A DNA stretch of 56,722 nucleotides. It comes from Acutalibacteraceae bacterium. GTDB lineage: Bacteria > Bacillota > Clostridia > Oscillospirales > Acutalibacteraceae. The DNA lies in assembly GCA_045592465.1 (NCBI GenBank), contig JAZNUW010000110.1:1-56722 (forward strand), in the 5' to 3' direction. Positions 47,864 to 56,046 of this stretch are shown one piece after another; within the stretch, counting starts at the first letter, position 1, and each line of letters starts with the position of its first letter. The notes under the pieces were generated by a model, which was not told the origin of the DNA, searched no databases, and saw nothing but the letters and a program-made list of their open reading frames with translations. The translations under genes and the position numbers were made by a program.

Positions 47864-48739
47864 TTGGTTATTAAAATTAACAAACTGTTTCTTCTGCTTT
47901 TAACAATTTCCGTTCTTATTATCAGCTGTGCTTTTATTATGAAGTCGGCAACCGATAACAGTACCGCATCAGGCGAGGTCTATATCAGAGTGCCCGTGAT
48001 TATGTATCACCACGTAACAAGGGATAAAGAAAAGGCGGGCAATTATACAGTAACAACCGAGGAGCTTGAAAGCGACCTTAGTTACCTGAAATCAAAAGGG
48101 TACTCTGCCGTAACACCGAAGGATCTGATTGATTATGTAAATTCTGATGTCAGCCTGCCCGAAAAGCCCATATTGCTGACCTTTGATGACGGGTTTGAAA
48201 GCTACTATGCACTTGCAAAGCCTCTTTTTGAAAAACACAATATGAAAAGCTCAGTTTATATCATAGGTGATGCCGCTGACCTTTACACAAGAGTGTGCGA
48301 TCATAACATAAGCTATTCTAATCTCAACTGGGATCATATTAAAGAACTGGTCTCCTCCCCTCTTTTTGAGGTTGGAAGTCATACCTATGATCTGCACCAC
48401 AACGAAAAAGGTGAACGCAAGGGTATGAGCAGACTCGACGGTGAATCAGTTTCGGAATATTATAACGTCATCATCACAGATCTTAAAAAGCTTCAGAATC
48501 GATTTACCAAGTACGGCATAGATGCACCTGTTTCAATCGCATATCCTTACGGTGCATATGACGAACATACGAAATCAATTGTGAAGCAAGCAGGATTCAA
48601 GGTCAGCTTTACCTGCGAAGAAAGAATAAACCGTATCGCCAAGGGTAACGAAGACTGCCTTTATAATTTGGGGCGATATAACAGAGTGTCAGGCATTTCA
48701 ACCCAGGAATTTTTCAGCAAAATAATAAATCAGGAATAA
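47864..48739 (+). CDS. polysaccharide deacetylase (NodB/CE4 family), membrane anchored
   Basis: 291 aa. TTG start 9 nt after AGGAG, N-terminal TM anchor, NodB motif 1 LTFDDG and His motifs (SHTYDLH). Confidence 0.85.
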   Translation: MVIKINKLFLLLLTISVLIISCAFIMKSATDNSTASGEVYIRVPVIMYHHVTRDKEKAGNYTVTTEELESDLSYLKSKGYSAVTPKDLIDYVNSDVSLPEKPILLTFDDGFESYYALAKPLFEKHNMKSSVYIIGDAADLYTRVCDHNISYSNLNWDHIKELVSSPLFEVGSHTYDLHHNEKGERKGMSRLDGESVSEYYNVIITDLKKLQNRFTKYGIDAPVSIAYPYGAYDEHTKSIVKQAGFKVSFTCEERINRIAKGNEDCLYNLGRYNRVSGISTQEFFSKIINQE

Positions 48740-48758
48740 AAAATTCCTGATTTACAAA

Positions 48759-50528
48759 TTATTCAAATGCATTTTTTAAGGCGTTGAGGTTTTTTCTCAT
48801 AAGGCTGATGTAGCCTTCACCCTTTGCGAAATCCTCTGCCGATATCACGTGGCATGAATACAGTGTTTCAACAGCGGCATTTGCCGAATCGGCAATAGTA
48901 GCGGCAACGTTGCCTTTTGATAAATCAACCTTGAATATCACTCCTATATTATGCTCAGCTGCTTTGTCAATAAGCTCCGAAATAGTTTTAGGGTCAGGCT
49001 CTGCCTGAGCTGAGCAGCCGGGGAAGGCCGAATAATAATTAAGGTTGTATCTTTTGGCAAAATAGGCGAAGGGGAATCTGTCGCCAACGATAATAAATTT
49101 ATCACTGTTTGCCGAAATAAGTGACTGAAAATCGGCATCAAGCGCACGCAGTTCATCAGTATATCTATCGGAATTTTCGCGATAATATGACGCGTTGCTT
49201 TCATCGCAATCAATAAGTGCAGCTGTGATAGCTTCGGTTATTATAATTGCATTAAGCGGTGAAGTCCAGACATGCTCATCATAGTTTTCGTCGTGTGAAT
49301 GAGAATGGGAATGCCCGTGGTCATCTTCACTTTCCTGAAGTTCAACAAGCTCCGTCATTCGGATTATTTTAACATCTTCTCCCACGTTCTGCAAAATATT
49401 TTCTGTCCATTTATCGCTTTCACCGCCACCGTAAACAAAGATATCGCACTGTTCAATTTTCATGATATCTTCAGGTGTCGGTTCAAAGGTATGGCTTTCT
49501 TCACCCGGAGAAAGAAGCATAATAACATCAGCCTTATCACCCGCAACTTCTCTTGCAAAATCATATTGCGCAAAGGTAGTTGTAACAAGGGTGATTTTAT
49601 TTTTTTCATAGTCTGTTAAACTCTCACCGGCAAAAAGCAGAAAAACGGATGATAAAACTGCAATAACAGAAACTGTCAATACAAGCACTCTTTTAATAAC
49701 CGCCGATGTGTTTAATGCCAGAAGTCTGTTGATAAGTGAAAAAACAGCAAGCACGGCAATATTAACGCACACAACACTGGCACCTGTAGGCGCTTCGAAT
49801 TTAATTGAGATAATAAGTCCTGCCAGAAAACAGAAAACGGAAATAAAAGCACCTGTCACAACGACCTTTTTAAAGCTTTTGCATAATCTCATGGAAGTTA
49901 CTGTCGGGAAAATAATCAGTGAAGAAATCAGCAAGGCGCCCATCATTTTCATGCCTATAACAATTGTTACGGCTGTCAGCGATGAAATAAGCATATTATA
50001 GACGTTGGTCTTTGTGCCTGTTGCTTTTGCAAAGCTTTCGTCAAAGGTCACTGCGAAAATTTCATTATAAAATATTCCGAACAGTGAGATAACAACAACA
50101 GACAGCACTGAGCTGATAATAACATCAGCCTCACTCATTGTCAGGATGCTGCCGAACATATAGTTGTAAATATCCACGTTCATACCCGTTGTCATGGATG
50201 TGACCATAACACCCACAGCAAGGGCACCTGTTGAAATAAGTGCAATTGCGGCATCGCCCTTTATTTTGCTTTTTTCACTCATTCTCAGAAGAAGAAAAGC
50301 AGAAAAAACTACAATCGGGAGCGCAAAATATAAGGGAGCTACACCTGCAGCGGCACCAATTGCCATAGCACCGAATCCCACATGAGAAAGTCCGTCACCG
50401 ATCATTGAAAATCGCTTGAGCACAAGACTCACGCCAAGCAGCGAGCAGCAAAGAGAAATGAGCACACCGACAAACAGTGCTCTTATAAGAAACTGTTGAG
50501 AAAAGAGAATTTGCAGAGCTTCTGACAT
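48759..50528 (-). CDS. fused metal ABC transporter permease (ZnuB-like) and solute-binding protein (ZnuA/AdcA-like)
   Basis: Single 589-aa ORF. Residues 1 to about 280 are polytopic permease, an extra helix is VLVLTVSVIAVLSSVFLLFAG, and residues from about 310 to 589 are a binding-protein domain with the His-rich loop EDDHGHSHSHSHDENYDEH. Confidence 0.85.
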   Translation of the reverse strand: MSEALQILFSQQFLIRALFVGVLISLCCSLLGVSLVLKRFSMIGDGLSHVGFGAMAIGAAAGVAPLYFALPIVVFSAFLLLRMSEKSKIKGDAAIALISTGALAVGVMVTSMTTGMNVDIYNYMFGSILTMSEADVIISSVLSVVVISLFGIFYNEIFAVTFDESFAKATGTKTNVYNMLISSLTAVTIVIGMKMMGALLISSLIIFPTVTSMRLCKSFKKVVVTGAFISVFCFLAGLIISIKFEAPTGASVVCVNIAVLAVFSLINRLLALNTSAVIKRVLVLTVSVIAVLSSVFLLFAGESLTDYEKNKITLVTTTFAQYDFAREVAGDKADVIMLLSPGEESHTFEPTPEDIMKIEQCDIFVYGGGESDKWTENILQNVGEDVKIIRMTELVELQESEDDHGHSHSHSHDENYDEHVWTSPLNAIIITEAITAALIDCDESNASYYRENSDRYTDELRALDADFQSLISANSDKFIIVGDRFPFAYFAKRYNLNYYSAFPGCSAQAEPDPKTISELIDKAAEHNIGVIFKVDLSKGNVAATIADSANAAVETLYSCHVISAEDFAKGEGYISLMRKNLNALKNAFE

Positions 50529-51232
50529 CAGATCTCACCTCCCGAAAATTTCTTATAAGCATCACTGATAATATACTCCTGTGTTGTACCGAAAAAGCTG
50601 TCTGTCTTTTTAATGTGAAGAATATGGGTGGCATTATTCACAGCGGTAAGCAAATCGTGAGAGACCATAATTACAGTTATTCCGAACTCTTTATTTATCT
50701 TTTTAATCAAAGCATAAAACTCAGCCGTAACAATAGGGTCAAGACCTGTCACCGGCTCATCAAGCAGAAGAAGCTCTTCTGTTGCGCACAGTGCTCTTGC
50801 AAGAAGCACTCTCTGCTGCTGCCCACCTGAAAGCTCACGGTAGCATTTGTTTTTAAGCGCAAGAATATCAAGTTTTTCCATATTTTCGAGTGCAAGCTTC
50901 TTATGCTTTTTGGTGAAAAATATCCCTCCGTTCTTTCCGGTCAGGCAACCTGAAAGCACAACCTCCCACACACTCGCAGGAAAATCTCTCTGAGCAGTGG
51001 TTTGCTGAGGCAGATAGCCAATCTGCTCAGATGTCAGGCCGTCACCCATATGAAGATGTCCTCCTGCAGTTTCTTTAAGGCCCAATATTGACCTGACAAG
51101 AGTGCTCTTTCCGCTGCCGTTTTCACCGACTATGCACAGATAGTCACCTGATTCTACATTAAACGAAAGATTCTCAACAACAGATGTGTTTTCATATCGA
51201 AGATATACGTTTTTACAGCTGATGAGAGACAT
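50528..51232 (-). CDS. znuC: metal (zinc) ABC transporter ATP-binding protein
   Basis: ORF 50528-51265; ATG 51232 lies 1 nt after the zur stop. Walker A GENGSGKST, signature LSGGQQQR, Walker B LLLLDEP. Confidence 0.88.
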   Translation of the reverse strand: MSLISCKNVYLRYENTSVVENLSFNVESGDYLCIVGENGSGKSTLVRSILGLKETAGGHLHMGDGLTSEQIGYLPQQTTAQRDFPASVWEVVLSGCLTGKNGGIFFTKKHKKLALENMEKLDILALKNKCYRELSGGQQQRVLLARALCATEELLLLDEPVTGLDPIVTAEFYALIKKINKEFGITVIMVSHDLLTAVNNATHILHIKKTDSFFGTTQEYIISDAYKKFSGGEI

Positions 51233-51233
51233 A

Positions 51234-51653
51234 TCACACACCCGCCTCTCTGCTACATTTGTCACAGATACCGAATATTACGGTTTTTGAATTATCGATT
51301 TTAAAATGATGATGGCTGAATATATGCTCACCCACTGTATTCATAAACTCACATCCGAGATGATGCAGCTCACCGCACTGTGTGCATTTAAGATGCATAT
51401 GCTCATCGCAATTCATTTCTTTATCGAGTAGCTGGTAGGCGGCGCTCTTCTTGTTGTCTTCGCTTATCTTACGCGCGTCCCCGGCAGAAACAAGTGCATC
51501 GAGAAATCTGTACAATGTTGCTTTGCCCACGGGAGTGCCAAGACCCTGAAGAGCAAACAATATTTCATCACAGGTGAGAAGCTTATCTTTGTTTTCAAGC
51601 ATAAAATCAAATATTATATTCTTTTGTTTTGTGTTGTAGCTGGTTCTGCCCAT
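51234..51653 (-). CDS. zur: Fur-family metalloregulator, probably Zur
   Basis: 139 aa. Winged-helix N-terminus and two Cys pairs (CTQC, CDKC). First gene of a zinc-uptake-type ABC operon, preceded by a Fur-type palindrome. Confidence 0.8.
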   Translation of the reverse strand: MGRTSYNTKQKNIIFDFMLENKDKLLTCDEILFALQGLGTPVGKATLYRFLDALVSAGDARKISEDNKKSAAYQLLDKEMNCDEHMHLKCTQCGELHHLGCEFMNTVGEHIFSHHHFKIDNSKTVIFGICDKCSREAGV

Positions 51654-51667
51654 TATTCCACCTCAAA

Positions 51668-51688
51668 TTGAAATTGAATTTCAATTTC
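51668..51688. promoter_or_regulatory. Zur/Fur-type operator: perfect 21-bp palindrome TGAAATTGAA-T-TTCAATTTCA
   Basis: 10-1-10 perfect inverted repeat located 1 nt downstream of the zur promoter -10, covering the expected transcription start. Confidence 0.75.
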
Positions 51689-51689
51689 A

Positions 51690-51717
51690 GATTATAAACT
51701 ATTTTAAAATTTTGTCA
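51690..51717 (-). promoter_or_regulatory. sigma-A promoter candidate for zur-znuC-znuBA
   Basis: Minus strand TTGACA (51717-51712), 16-nt spacer, TATAAT (51695-51690). Confidence 0.6.
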
Positions 51718-51736
51718 AGTAAATTCATATCATTCG

Positions 51737-51765
51737 TTGCAAAGAAAGTAAAATTATGTTATTAT
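51737..51765 (+). promoter_or_regulatory. sigma-A promoter candidate for the mscS-CDF pair
   Basis: TTGCAA (51737-51742), 17-nt spacer, TATTAT (51760-51765) preceded by TGt (extended -10). Confidence 0.5.
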
Positions 51766-51795
51766 ATGTTTATTATATTTCGGGAGGAATTTTAA

Positions 51796-52737
51796 ATGTC
51801 ATTCACACTCAGAAGCTTATTACTTGCCGCTGAAACAACAGTGGCAGAAACAGACGCTACAACCACAAGCAACCCTTTACTTGACGAAAACGGTCAGTTT
51901 GAAGATGTGCCCACTGCATTTAACAATGTTATTGAATGGCTCGACAGTCTTCAGCTTATCGAAAAATTCTATGCAAAGCTGCCCACAATAATTATTGCAA
52001 TTGTGCTTGTTGTTGCAGGATATTTCCTTGCCAAGCTTGCTAAGAAGCTTGTTGTTAAAGCTATGAAGGCAAGAAATGTTGACCCCTCAGTTTACAACTT
52101 CGTTAAGAGAATTGTTTCTGTAGGCATCAATTTCATCTTCATTATGGCTGCACTTTCAATGTTCATTAATATCGGCTCACTTATTGCAGCAGTCGGTGCC
52201 GCCGGTGTTACTGCCGGTCTTGGTCTTCAGGCAACTGTTGCACAGTTCGCCAGCGGTATTCAGATTCTTATGAATCACCCCTTCAAAACAGGTGATTTTG
52301 TTGAACTCAACGGCGTTTCAGGCAGTGTTGCAGATATCCGTTTTATGCACACCGTTATCATCACACCTGACAATAAGAGAATCACTATCCCCAACTCACA
52401 TATCACCTCAAACCATATTATCAACTACTCTGCCGAAAACGTAAGAAGAGTTGACTTCAATTTCTCAATCAGCTACAGTGACAACATCGAAAAGGCAAAG
52501 TCAGTTATCAAAGAAACTGCACTCGCTAACGAATTTATCCTTAAGGATCCCATGCCCGTTGTTTATGTTCAGTCACACGAAGCAAGTGCTATCAACCTTA
52601 CTGCAAGAGTATGGTGCGCTGTTGATAAATATTGGGATGTCTATTTCGCAATGCAGGAAAATGTCAAGCTTGCCCTTGATAAAAACGGAATCAATATCCC
52701 CTTCAATCAGCTTGACGTTCATATCATCAACAAATAA
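51796..52737 (+). CDS. small-conductance mechanosensitive channel (MscS family)
   Basis: 313 aa with three TM helices. The pore helix is followed by NHPFKTGDFVEL and a beta domain (GSVADIRFMHTVI). Confidence 0.88.
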   Translation: MSFTLRSLLLAAETTVAETDATTTSNPLLDENGQFEDVPTAFNNVIEWLDSLQLIEKFYAKLPTIIIAIVLVVAGYFLAKLAKKLVVKAMKARNVDPSVYNFVKRIVSVGINFIFIMAALSMFINIGSLIAAVGAAGVTAGLGLQATVAQFASGIQILMNHPFKTGDFVELNGVSGSVADIRFMHTVIITPDNKRITIPNSHITSNHIINYSAENVRRVDFNFSISYSDNIEKAKSVIKETALANEFILKDPMPVVYVQSHEASAINLTARVWCAVDKYWDVYFAMQENVKLALDKNGINIPFNQLDVHIINK

Positions 52738-52748
52738 TCGGAGTTATT

Positions 52749-53915
52749 ATGTCAAAACTATTAGTAAGGCTTTTTATAAAAAATTATCAGGAAACAAAAA
52801 ATCCGTCTGTGCGTGAAAAATACGGCTACCTGAGCAGTATAACAGGGATAATTGTCAATATTCTGCTTGCACTGAGCAAATATCTCATAGGCGTGATGAC
52901 AAAGAGTATTGCAATTTCTGCAGATGCTATAAACAATTTAAGCGACAGCGTGTCAAATGTTATAACTCTTGTCAGCTTTAAGATGGCTAATATGAAGCCG
53001 GATAAAGAGCATCCCTTCGGACACGGCCGAATAGAATATGTTGCTGCGCTTATTGTGGGCTTTATTGTTGAGCTTATGGGATATGAGCTGATTAAGTCAT
53101 CAATTGATAAAATCAGGAATCCTGAGGCAGTTGTTTTCTCAGTACCTGCAGTAATTGTTCTGCTTATTTCAATCGGCGGAAAAATATGGCTTGCTGTTTT
53201 TAACAGGTACCTCGGCAAAAAAATCGATTCACCTGCTATGTCAGCAGTTGTTGTTGACAGCATAAGCGACACCACCGCAACAGCATTTACTCTCATTTCC
53301 CTTATAGCATCTCTTTTCACCGACGTACCTTTAGACGGCTATATGGGTGTAGTTGTGTCACTGTTTATTCTTTATTCAGGCTTCGGTATTCTCAAAGAGT
53401 CAATCGGTATCATTCTCGGCAAGCCTCCTGAAAAGGAGCTTGTTGACGAGCTTGTTGATTTCATTATGTCACACGAAGAAATTCTCGGCATTCACGACCT
53501 TGTTATTCATTCATACGGAGCAACAAGAACCTTTGCAAGTGTTCACACAGAAATTTCTGCCGACGGTGATTTGCTTCGGGTACATGACACAATTGACACC
53601 ATCGAAAAGCTTGTCAAAGAAAAATTCGGAATTGAGCTTGTTATTCATATGGATCCCATTGTCACCAACAATGAGGTAACAGAAAAATATTATCAGCTTG
53701 TGCACAAAACAATCAAGGAATTTGATGACACACTGAGCATGCACGACTTCAGAGTTGTTGAAGGACCGTCGCACACTAATCTCATTTTTGATGTCGTTGT
53801 TCCGCACAGATATAAGTTGACAGATAAAGAGCTTATTGCAGAAATTAACAGACGCATCCACGAAATAAATGAGAACTATTTTCTCGTCATTACAGTCGAT
53901 AATTCCTATATTTAG
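52749..53915 (+). CDS. cation diffusion facilitator family transporter
   Basis: 388 aa. Six TM helices with the CDF signature (SADAINNLSDS, HPFGHGRIE, DSISD) and a C-terminal cytoplasmic domain. Confidence 0.88.
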   Translation: MSKLLVRLFIKNYQETKNPSVREKYGYLSSITGIIVNILLALSKYLIGVMTKSIAISADAINNLSDSVSNVITLVSFKMANMKPDKEHPFGHGRIEYVAALIVGFIVELMGYELIKSSIDKIRNPEAVVFSVPAVIVLLISIGGKIWLAVFNRYLGKKIDSPAMSAVVVDSISDTTATAFTLISLIASLFTDVPLDGYMGVVVSLFILYSGFGILKESIGIILGKPPEKELVDELVDFIMSHEEILGIHDLVIHSYGATRTFASVHTEISADGDLLRVHDTIDTIEKLVKEKFGIELVIHMDPIVTNNEVTEKYYQLVHKTIKEFDDTLSMHDFRVVEGPSHTNLIFDVVVPHRYKLTDKELIAEINRRIHEINENYFLVITVDNSYI

Positions 53916-53992
53916 TGACAATTTTGTTATAATGCACAAAATAAGCTATAAATGTTTTACATAATTTTATAACTAGATTTGCTCAAAATGAC

Positions 53993-54020
53993 TTGAAAAC
54001 TTTGCAGAATATTGTAAAAT
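53993..54020 (+). promoter_or_regulatory. sigma-A promoter candidate for prs
   Basis: TTGAAA (53993-53998), 16-nt spacer, TAAAAT (54015-54020) preceded by TG. Confidence 0.45.
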
Positions 54021-54076
54021 ATAATTAATGTGATCGTATTGCACAAAAGATGTTAAATTCAGGGGGTATATTTAAT

Positions 54077-55276
54077 ATGTCTACATCACTTACAGAATAT
54101 CTTGACACCATTCCTCAGGGCCGACTCGGTATTATTGCTATGAGGGGCTGTGAGGAACTTGCAGAAAAGGTAAGCGAGCAGATTCTCGAGTGTCGCGCAC
54201 AGTTTGAAAATCAGACTGACAACAACATTCACCTTAAAGGTTATCACAGAGAATCCTACATCCTTAAGGCTAACTTCCCTCGCTTTGCAACAGGTGAAGG
54301 CAAGGCAGTAATTACCGAGTCAATCAGAGGTTATGACCTCTTCATAATTGCAGACTGCTTCAACTATAACGTAACTTACAAAATGTATAACCTCAAGGAT
54401 AAGGAAGGTAATCCCCTTCAGATACCTATGAGTCCCGATGATCACTTTGCTGACCTTAAGAGAGTTATTTCAGCCTGCGCAGGCAAGGCAAAGAGAATTA
54501 CAGTTGTTATGCCTATGCTTTATGAAGGCAGACAGCACAGAAGATCAGCCAGAGAATCACTTGACTGTGCACTCGCTCTGCAGGAGCTCGAAAACATGGG
54601 CGTCAGCAACATCATCACATTTGATGCACATGACCCCAGAGTTCAGAATGCTATCAGAATCGGCTTTGAAAGCGTATCACCCACCTATCAGATGATTAAG
54701 GCAATTGCAAAGAGCCTTAATAATGACATTAAATTCACCCCTGAAACAACAATGATGATTTCACCTGACGAAGGTGCTATGGGCAGATGCGTTTATTATG
54801 CTCAGGTTCTCGGTGTTGAACTCGGTATGTTCTATAAGAGAAGAGATTACTCCGTTGTAATCGATGGCAGAAACCCCATCGTTTCACACGAATTCCTCGG
54901 TGACAACGTTGAAGGCAAGGACGTTATTGTTGTTGACGATATGATTTCAAGTGGCGACTCAATGATAGACGTCTGCAAGCAGCTTAAGGCTCTTCACGCA
55001 AAGAGAATCTTCGTGTTCTCATCCTTCGGTCTTTTCACTTCAGGTCTCGAGCGCTTTGACGAAGCGTTCAAACAAGGTCTCTTTGACAGAATCTTCACAA
55101 CTAACCTTATTTATCAGACTCCAGAGCTTCTCAAGAGAGAATGGTACTATTCAGTTGATATGTCAAAGTATATGGCACTTATCATTGACACTCTTAACCA
55201 TGACCGTTCAGTCAGCCCCTTCCTGAACCCCATTCAGAAGATCGACGATTATATCGCAAAATATAACCTCAAATAA
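54077..55276 (+). CDS. prs: ribose-phosphate pyrophosphokinase, long form (399 aa)
   Basis: ORF 54050-55276; ATG 54077 follows AGGGGG. PRPP loop VVDDMISSGDS and N-terminal Prs fold motifs. About 80 aa longer than the classical roughly 315-aa Prs. Confidence 0.85.
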   Translation: MSTSLTEYLDTIPQGRLGIIAMRGCEELAEKVSEQILECRAQFENQTDNNIHLKGYHRESYILKANFPRFATGEGKAVITESIRGYDLFIIADCFNYNVTYKMYNLKDKEGNPLQIPMSPDDHFADLKRVISACAGKAKRITVVMPMLYEGRQHRRSARESLDCALALQELENMGVSNIITFDAHDPRVQNAIRIGFESVSPTYQMIKAIAKSLNNDIKFTPETTMMISPDEGAMGRCVYYAQVLGVELGMFYKRRDYSVVIDGRNPIVSHEFLGDNVEGKDVIVVDDMISSGDSMIDVCKQLKALHAKRIFVFSSFGLFTSGLERFDEAFKQGLFDRIFTTNLIYQTPELLKREWYYSVDMSKYMALIIDTLNHDRSVSPFLNPIQKIDDYIAKYNLK

Positions 55277-55282
55277 AAAAAC

Positions 55283-55313
55283 AAGGCACTCTGTACGCGT
55301 CAGGGTGCCTTTT
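55283..55313. terminator. bidirectional terminator hairpin between prs and the convergent gene
   Basis: AAGGCACTCTG (55283-55293), loop TACGCGT, CAGGGTGCCTT (55301-55311): 11 bp with one G-U pair. A-run upstream and TTT downstream. The right arm overlaps the last codons of the minus-strand gene. Confidence 0.6.
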
Positions 55314-56046
55314 CAGTTATAGGAATAATTCCGCCGAAATCAGTCAGAGGAAAATTCAGAGATATTATTCTGCAGCCGTGCTTTTCAATGAAGCCGGCTA
55401 TTTTTTTATAGTCGCGATGTCCGGTTATATCACCGAAAAAAAGAATTTCGTTTTGCGATATTTTGCACGACGCGCCGCCTATAAAGCCGTAGTCGTGTCC
55501 ACCAAGAAGAATGTCGCCCTTTGAGATAAAAAGACTATCGAGGCCGTTTTTGAGGGCATTATCATAAATTGTTCTGTCGTCAGTAATAATTGCACTTTCA
55601 TTGACAACAAGACACGAGCATTTGCAGTAGCCCTGCTTAACATTGACAGTCTTAAATGCAGAAATCTGTTCCGTTAAGGTTTTATCCGCATAGCTGAAGT
55701 TGCCGAAGACCTTATCAGCAATCACAGTAAAATTCAGTACAATATCCTTAGGATACTCCCCTTTTATGGGTTCATTTGAAAAAAGGACACTGAAGCCTTT
55801 TTCAGTCAGCAAAGATGCTAACCTTCTCTGGCTTCTGTCAACAATAAGTTTATCTGCACCCAGGTGAATTGCAGCCATATCTGCGTGAAAGCTGACGGCA
55901 GGGTCAACATATTTATTAGGCTCAATGAGCAATCGATCGACATTTATGCTGTCAAGATAAGAATTCAGCTCACTGCAAAGTTCTCCGCAAATTACAGCTG
56001 CAACCTTGCTTTCAGGCAGGTTGGCATTCTCAACGAATCTTATCAT
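55300..56046 (-). CDS. conserved hypothetical protein, possibly with a guanidino-group-modifying-enzyme-like fold
   Basis: 248 aa. Overlaps the radA stop by 4 nt. C-terminal DYGFIGGASCKI resembles the GGxxxC catalytic-Cys motif of amidinotransferase/deiminase-type enzymes. The family assignment is tentative. Confidence 0.5.
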   Translation of the reverse strand: MIRFVENANLPESKVAAVICGELCSELNSYLDSINVDRLLIEPNKYVDPAVSFHADMAAIHLGADKLIVDRSQRRLASLLTEKGFSVLFSNEPIKGEYPKDIVLNFTVIADKVFGNFSYADKTLTEQISAFKTVNVKQGYCKCSCLVVNESAIITDDRTIYDNALKNGLDSLFISKGDILLGGHDYGFIGGASCKISQNEILFFGDITGHRDYKKIAGFIEKHGCRIISLNFPLTDFGGIIPITEKAP

